Below, one piece after another: positions 61,701 to 64,000 of a stretch of 64,000 nucleotides of DNA (positions are counted from its first letter, which is position 1; each line of letters opens with the position of its first letter). The stretch is from Trichosphaerium sp. ATCC 40318 (lineage: Eukaryota > Protista > Tubulinea): assembly GCA_038496445.1 (NCBI GenBank), contig JALMLS010000354.1, forward strand, positions 538,045-602,044. The letters are read 5' to 3'. The notes below the pieces were generated by a model. It was not told the origin of the DNA and searched no databases. It was given only the letters and a program-made list of their open reading frames with translations. The translations under genes and the position numbers were made by a program.

Positions 61701-64000
61701 CAAGTTAAAACACGCATTACTTTCATCAGAGTCTCCCATGTCACTTAACAGTTTTAAGAATGTTTCATCAGCTGTACATCTTTTTGATAATACGCCAACA
61801 CTCGGCTGAGAACTTCTACATAAAGCAGCCCCATTCCTTGATGCGAGTGAGTGACATCCAGAAAAACCCAACAATTTTTTTTCTTACTTTGGGTGTAGCC
61901 ATGAAAGTGTTGGTATCCGACCTCTGGCCCTGTACTTTTTAATGTCCATTATCTCTTCGTCGCTAAGCGCCGTGGGTACCTTAAATAAAAATTAAGAATA
62001 AACACTCTAGTTTGCTCAAAAGAAAGAAAAATAATCATACTTACTGCTAAAATACTTGGGTATGTATCAGAAATTTCATAGTTTCTATTTATAGTGCTTA
62101 TACGCCATTGAAGCGTCGGTAATCCTATACGTTGCAACTCTACCATTGCATTATATGGCATACTTTTTGGTTGAGTAATCTATACAGTCGATTAATCACG
62201 TGGTCTTGAAAGGCGGTTAAAATTGTCTTCTTTTGACATTTTGTTTTGTAGTTTAAGGTTTGCCTTGTACGAGAATGCGAAGCTTTCTTCTAATCCTTGT
62301 TTACAAAATGAGTGCAGCTTAGCAAGGAATTTATTTTTTTCTTCCCTATGATCCCAAGATAATCTGAAAGATCTTGCATCCTTGCACCTAATCGATTAGT
62401 ACTTTTTTTTAATAGCTTATTCGAATATATTTTGAAGAAAACTATTTCTTCGCTTTGTACAGGCTGGATCTCTGTGAAAAAGTCTGTGGCGGTTTGAAGT
62501 TTATAAGAGTTATGATATAATTTATAAATAAATCCAGCTGTTTTAAGTATCGGGTTTCGAAACATGTCTTAAAATGTATTGGTTTTTTTTTATGGAAATT
62601 GTTGCTTTTTAACTTCTTGTCCCATACTCAGCATGGTGGCCCGTAAAATATTTTGAAAGCTTGTTTTGTGATAATATTCAACTAAGAAAGAATAATTTAA
62701 GTGTACCATAGAATGACATCATCGCAATTTTCAAGTTTCTCTACTTTAAGTATATTCGAGAATGTCGTATCGCTAGTACCAACAGTTATATCCTTTTTTT
62801 TTGAAAACACGTGCTTATCTAAAACGCGTACTTCTTTGTTGTATGAAAACAAGAATCTGGCGACTCTTTATTATTATTCTTAGGCCTTGTTCTCTACACC
62901 ACATAAGAAGGTAACAAAAAGAAAAAAGATGTATGACGTCAAAAACATGATTCAAAAAAAAAACCAAACAAACCAAAACTAAAGATAGCGACATTACTTA
63001 CGATTATACTCTGTCTCTCGAACGCTCTAGGTACGAATATTAACCTATAATTCGTAATGACAATATCCGCTTCAACCCAGTGATCATGCTGATATAACCT
63101 TGGCGCACGTTGCGCGAACCATCTCACTTCCTCTCCAACAAATGTAGACGCTAGTTGAGGTAGAATCGCTTCACTTATATCTTCTAAACTTGAACCAGGA
63201 GAGGAAGGCTTCTAACAGCATCAAAAGGTAACGTGATAATTACGCATGAATATAATATGATAGTTAACGTACTGTGATGGTTCTAACACGAACAGACATA
63301 TCATCAAGCAAGAATTTACCAATACCATCTATCCAATACTTTTCATCATCTGCTTTCTCAGCGCCTAAGTGCCATATTCTTGCGTCTGTATATATTGCAA
63401 AGCCGAACTTTAATTTTTTGTCGTATCGCACTTTTATAATCTAAACATATATAAATAAAGTAAATCACGTGATAATTCTTTACGGGCGATACAGAATTTG
63501 TTTTCTTCAGTTTTTTTTTTGGTGTAAAAATTGACGTCGAAGTTTGTTTGTTTGCATTATGATGTCAGTACCTTGTTTATCTCATTCAAGTCTATAAATC
63601 CAAGCACATTACGGTGTTCCTTTGTTTTGTAATAAACGAGTTTAGATTGAACCTGTATAATTTTATAAGTACAGCACGTGACCACTCAGCAAATGGACCT
63701 AAATAGCGTAAAATAGCAAAATTCAGATTAGTAGTTTTTTGAAAAATATGGCCCAGTGCGCTTTGGAATTCGCAGATTTCTATCGCCATAGTAGTTATCC
63801 AAACGTACTTGTACCTATATCAAAAGAGTAAGGTATACGGTACAATGGTATTCCTTAAAAAACGCACAAAATATCTTTTTTGCCAGTACTTCAATTTGAC
63901 CCTTTCCTTCCTCTTCCATAAGTACCCTTCGAGGTTACCAGGGTCATGCATATAAAGATACCAAAGGGGCTTGTATCAAAAGTAAAACATAGAAAAAAAA
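58738..64000 (-). CDS. PH-domain myotubularin, copy 2 (5' part outside window)
   Basis: Mirror of about 44281-49551; the exon substitutions I spotted are synonymous. Confidence 0.88.

Larger units (their letters stand above)
57075..64000 (-). repeat. Right arm of large inverted duplication (runs off window end)
   Basis: c57075 pairs with g51132; the window end pairs with about 44281. Confidence 0.97.

Overview
AT-rich (about 35% GC by eye), gene-dense eukaryotic nuclear DNA with the standard code and many short spliceosomal introns (about 40-200 nt; GTACGT/GTATGT/GTAAGT donors, TAG/CAG/AAG acceptors). It looks like a free-living protist, probably amoebozoan-like (inference). About 22 genes can be reconstructed: polycystin-2-like channel, a long F-box gene, DOMON/Cu-monooxygenase, JmjC oxygenase, secreted beta-helix protein, PA-domain 7TM protein, Prp28/DDX23-like helicase, G-alpha, sterol desaturase, USP48-like DUB, SIP5/GW2-like RING, Arf, CCDC115, PH-myotubularin, amidohydrolase and mitochondrial citrate synthase. 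Main oddities: (1) the palindrome CACGTG occurs at least 64 times, roughly 10x expectation, often near the 3' end of introns; (2) a birth-and-death set of intron-poor F-box genes fused to LRR, MORN-variant or NHL repeats, with decayed copies in the spacers, one sitting head-to-head with a very divergent H2B-like gene; (3) an inverted duplication with arms of at least 6.8 kb that breaks inside an F-box-LRR gene; (4) six GC-AG introns and several microexons; (5) divergent paralogues of Arf (switch II Q to R), G-alpha and Prp28; (6) a candidate intronic C/D snoRNA. Gene models were spliced by hand, so exon boundaries are provisional. Several single-base homopolymer frameshifts suggest long-read assembly errors.
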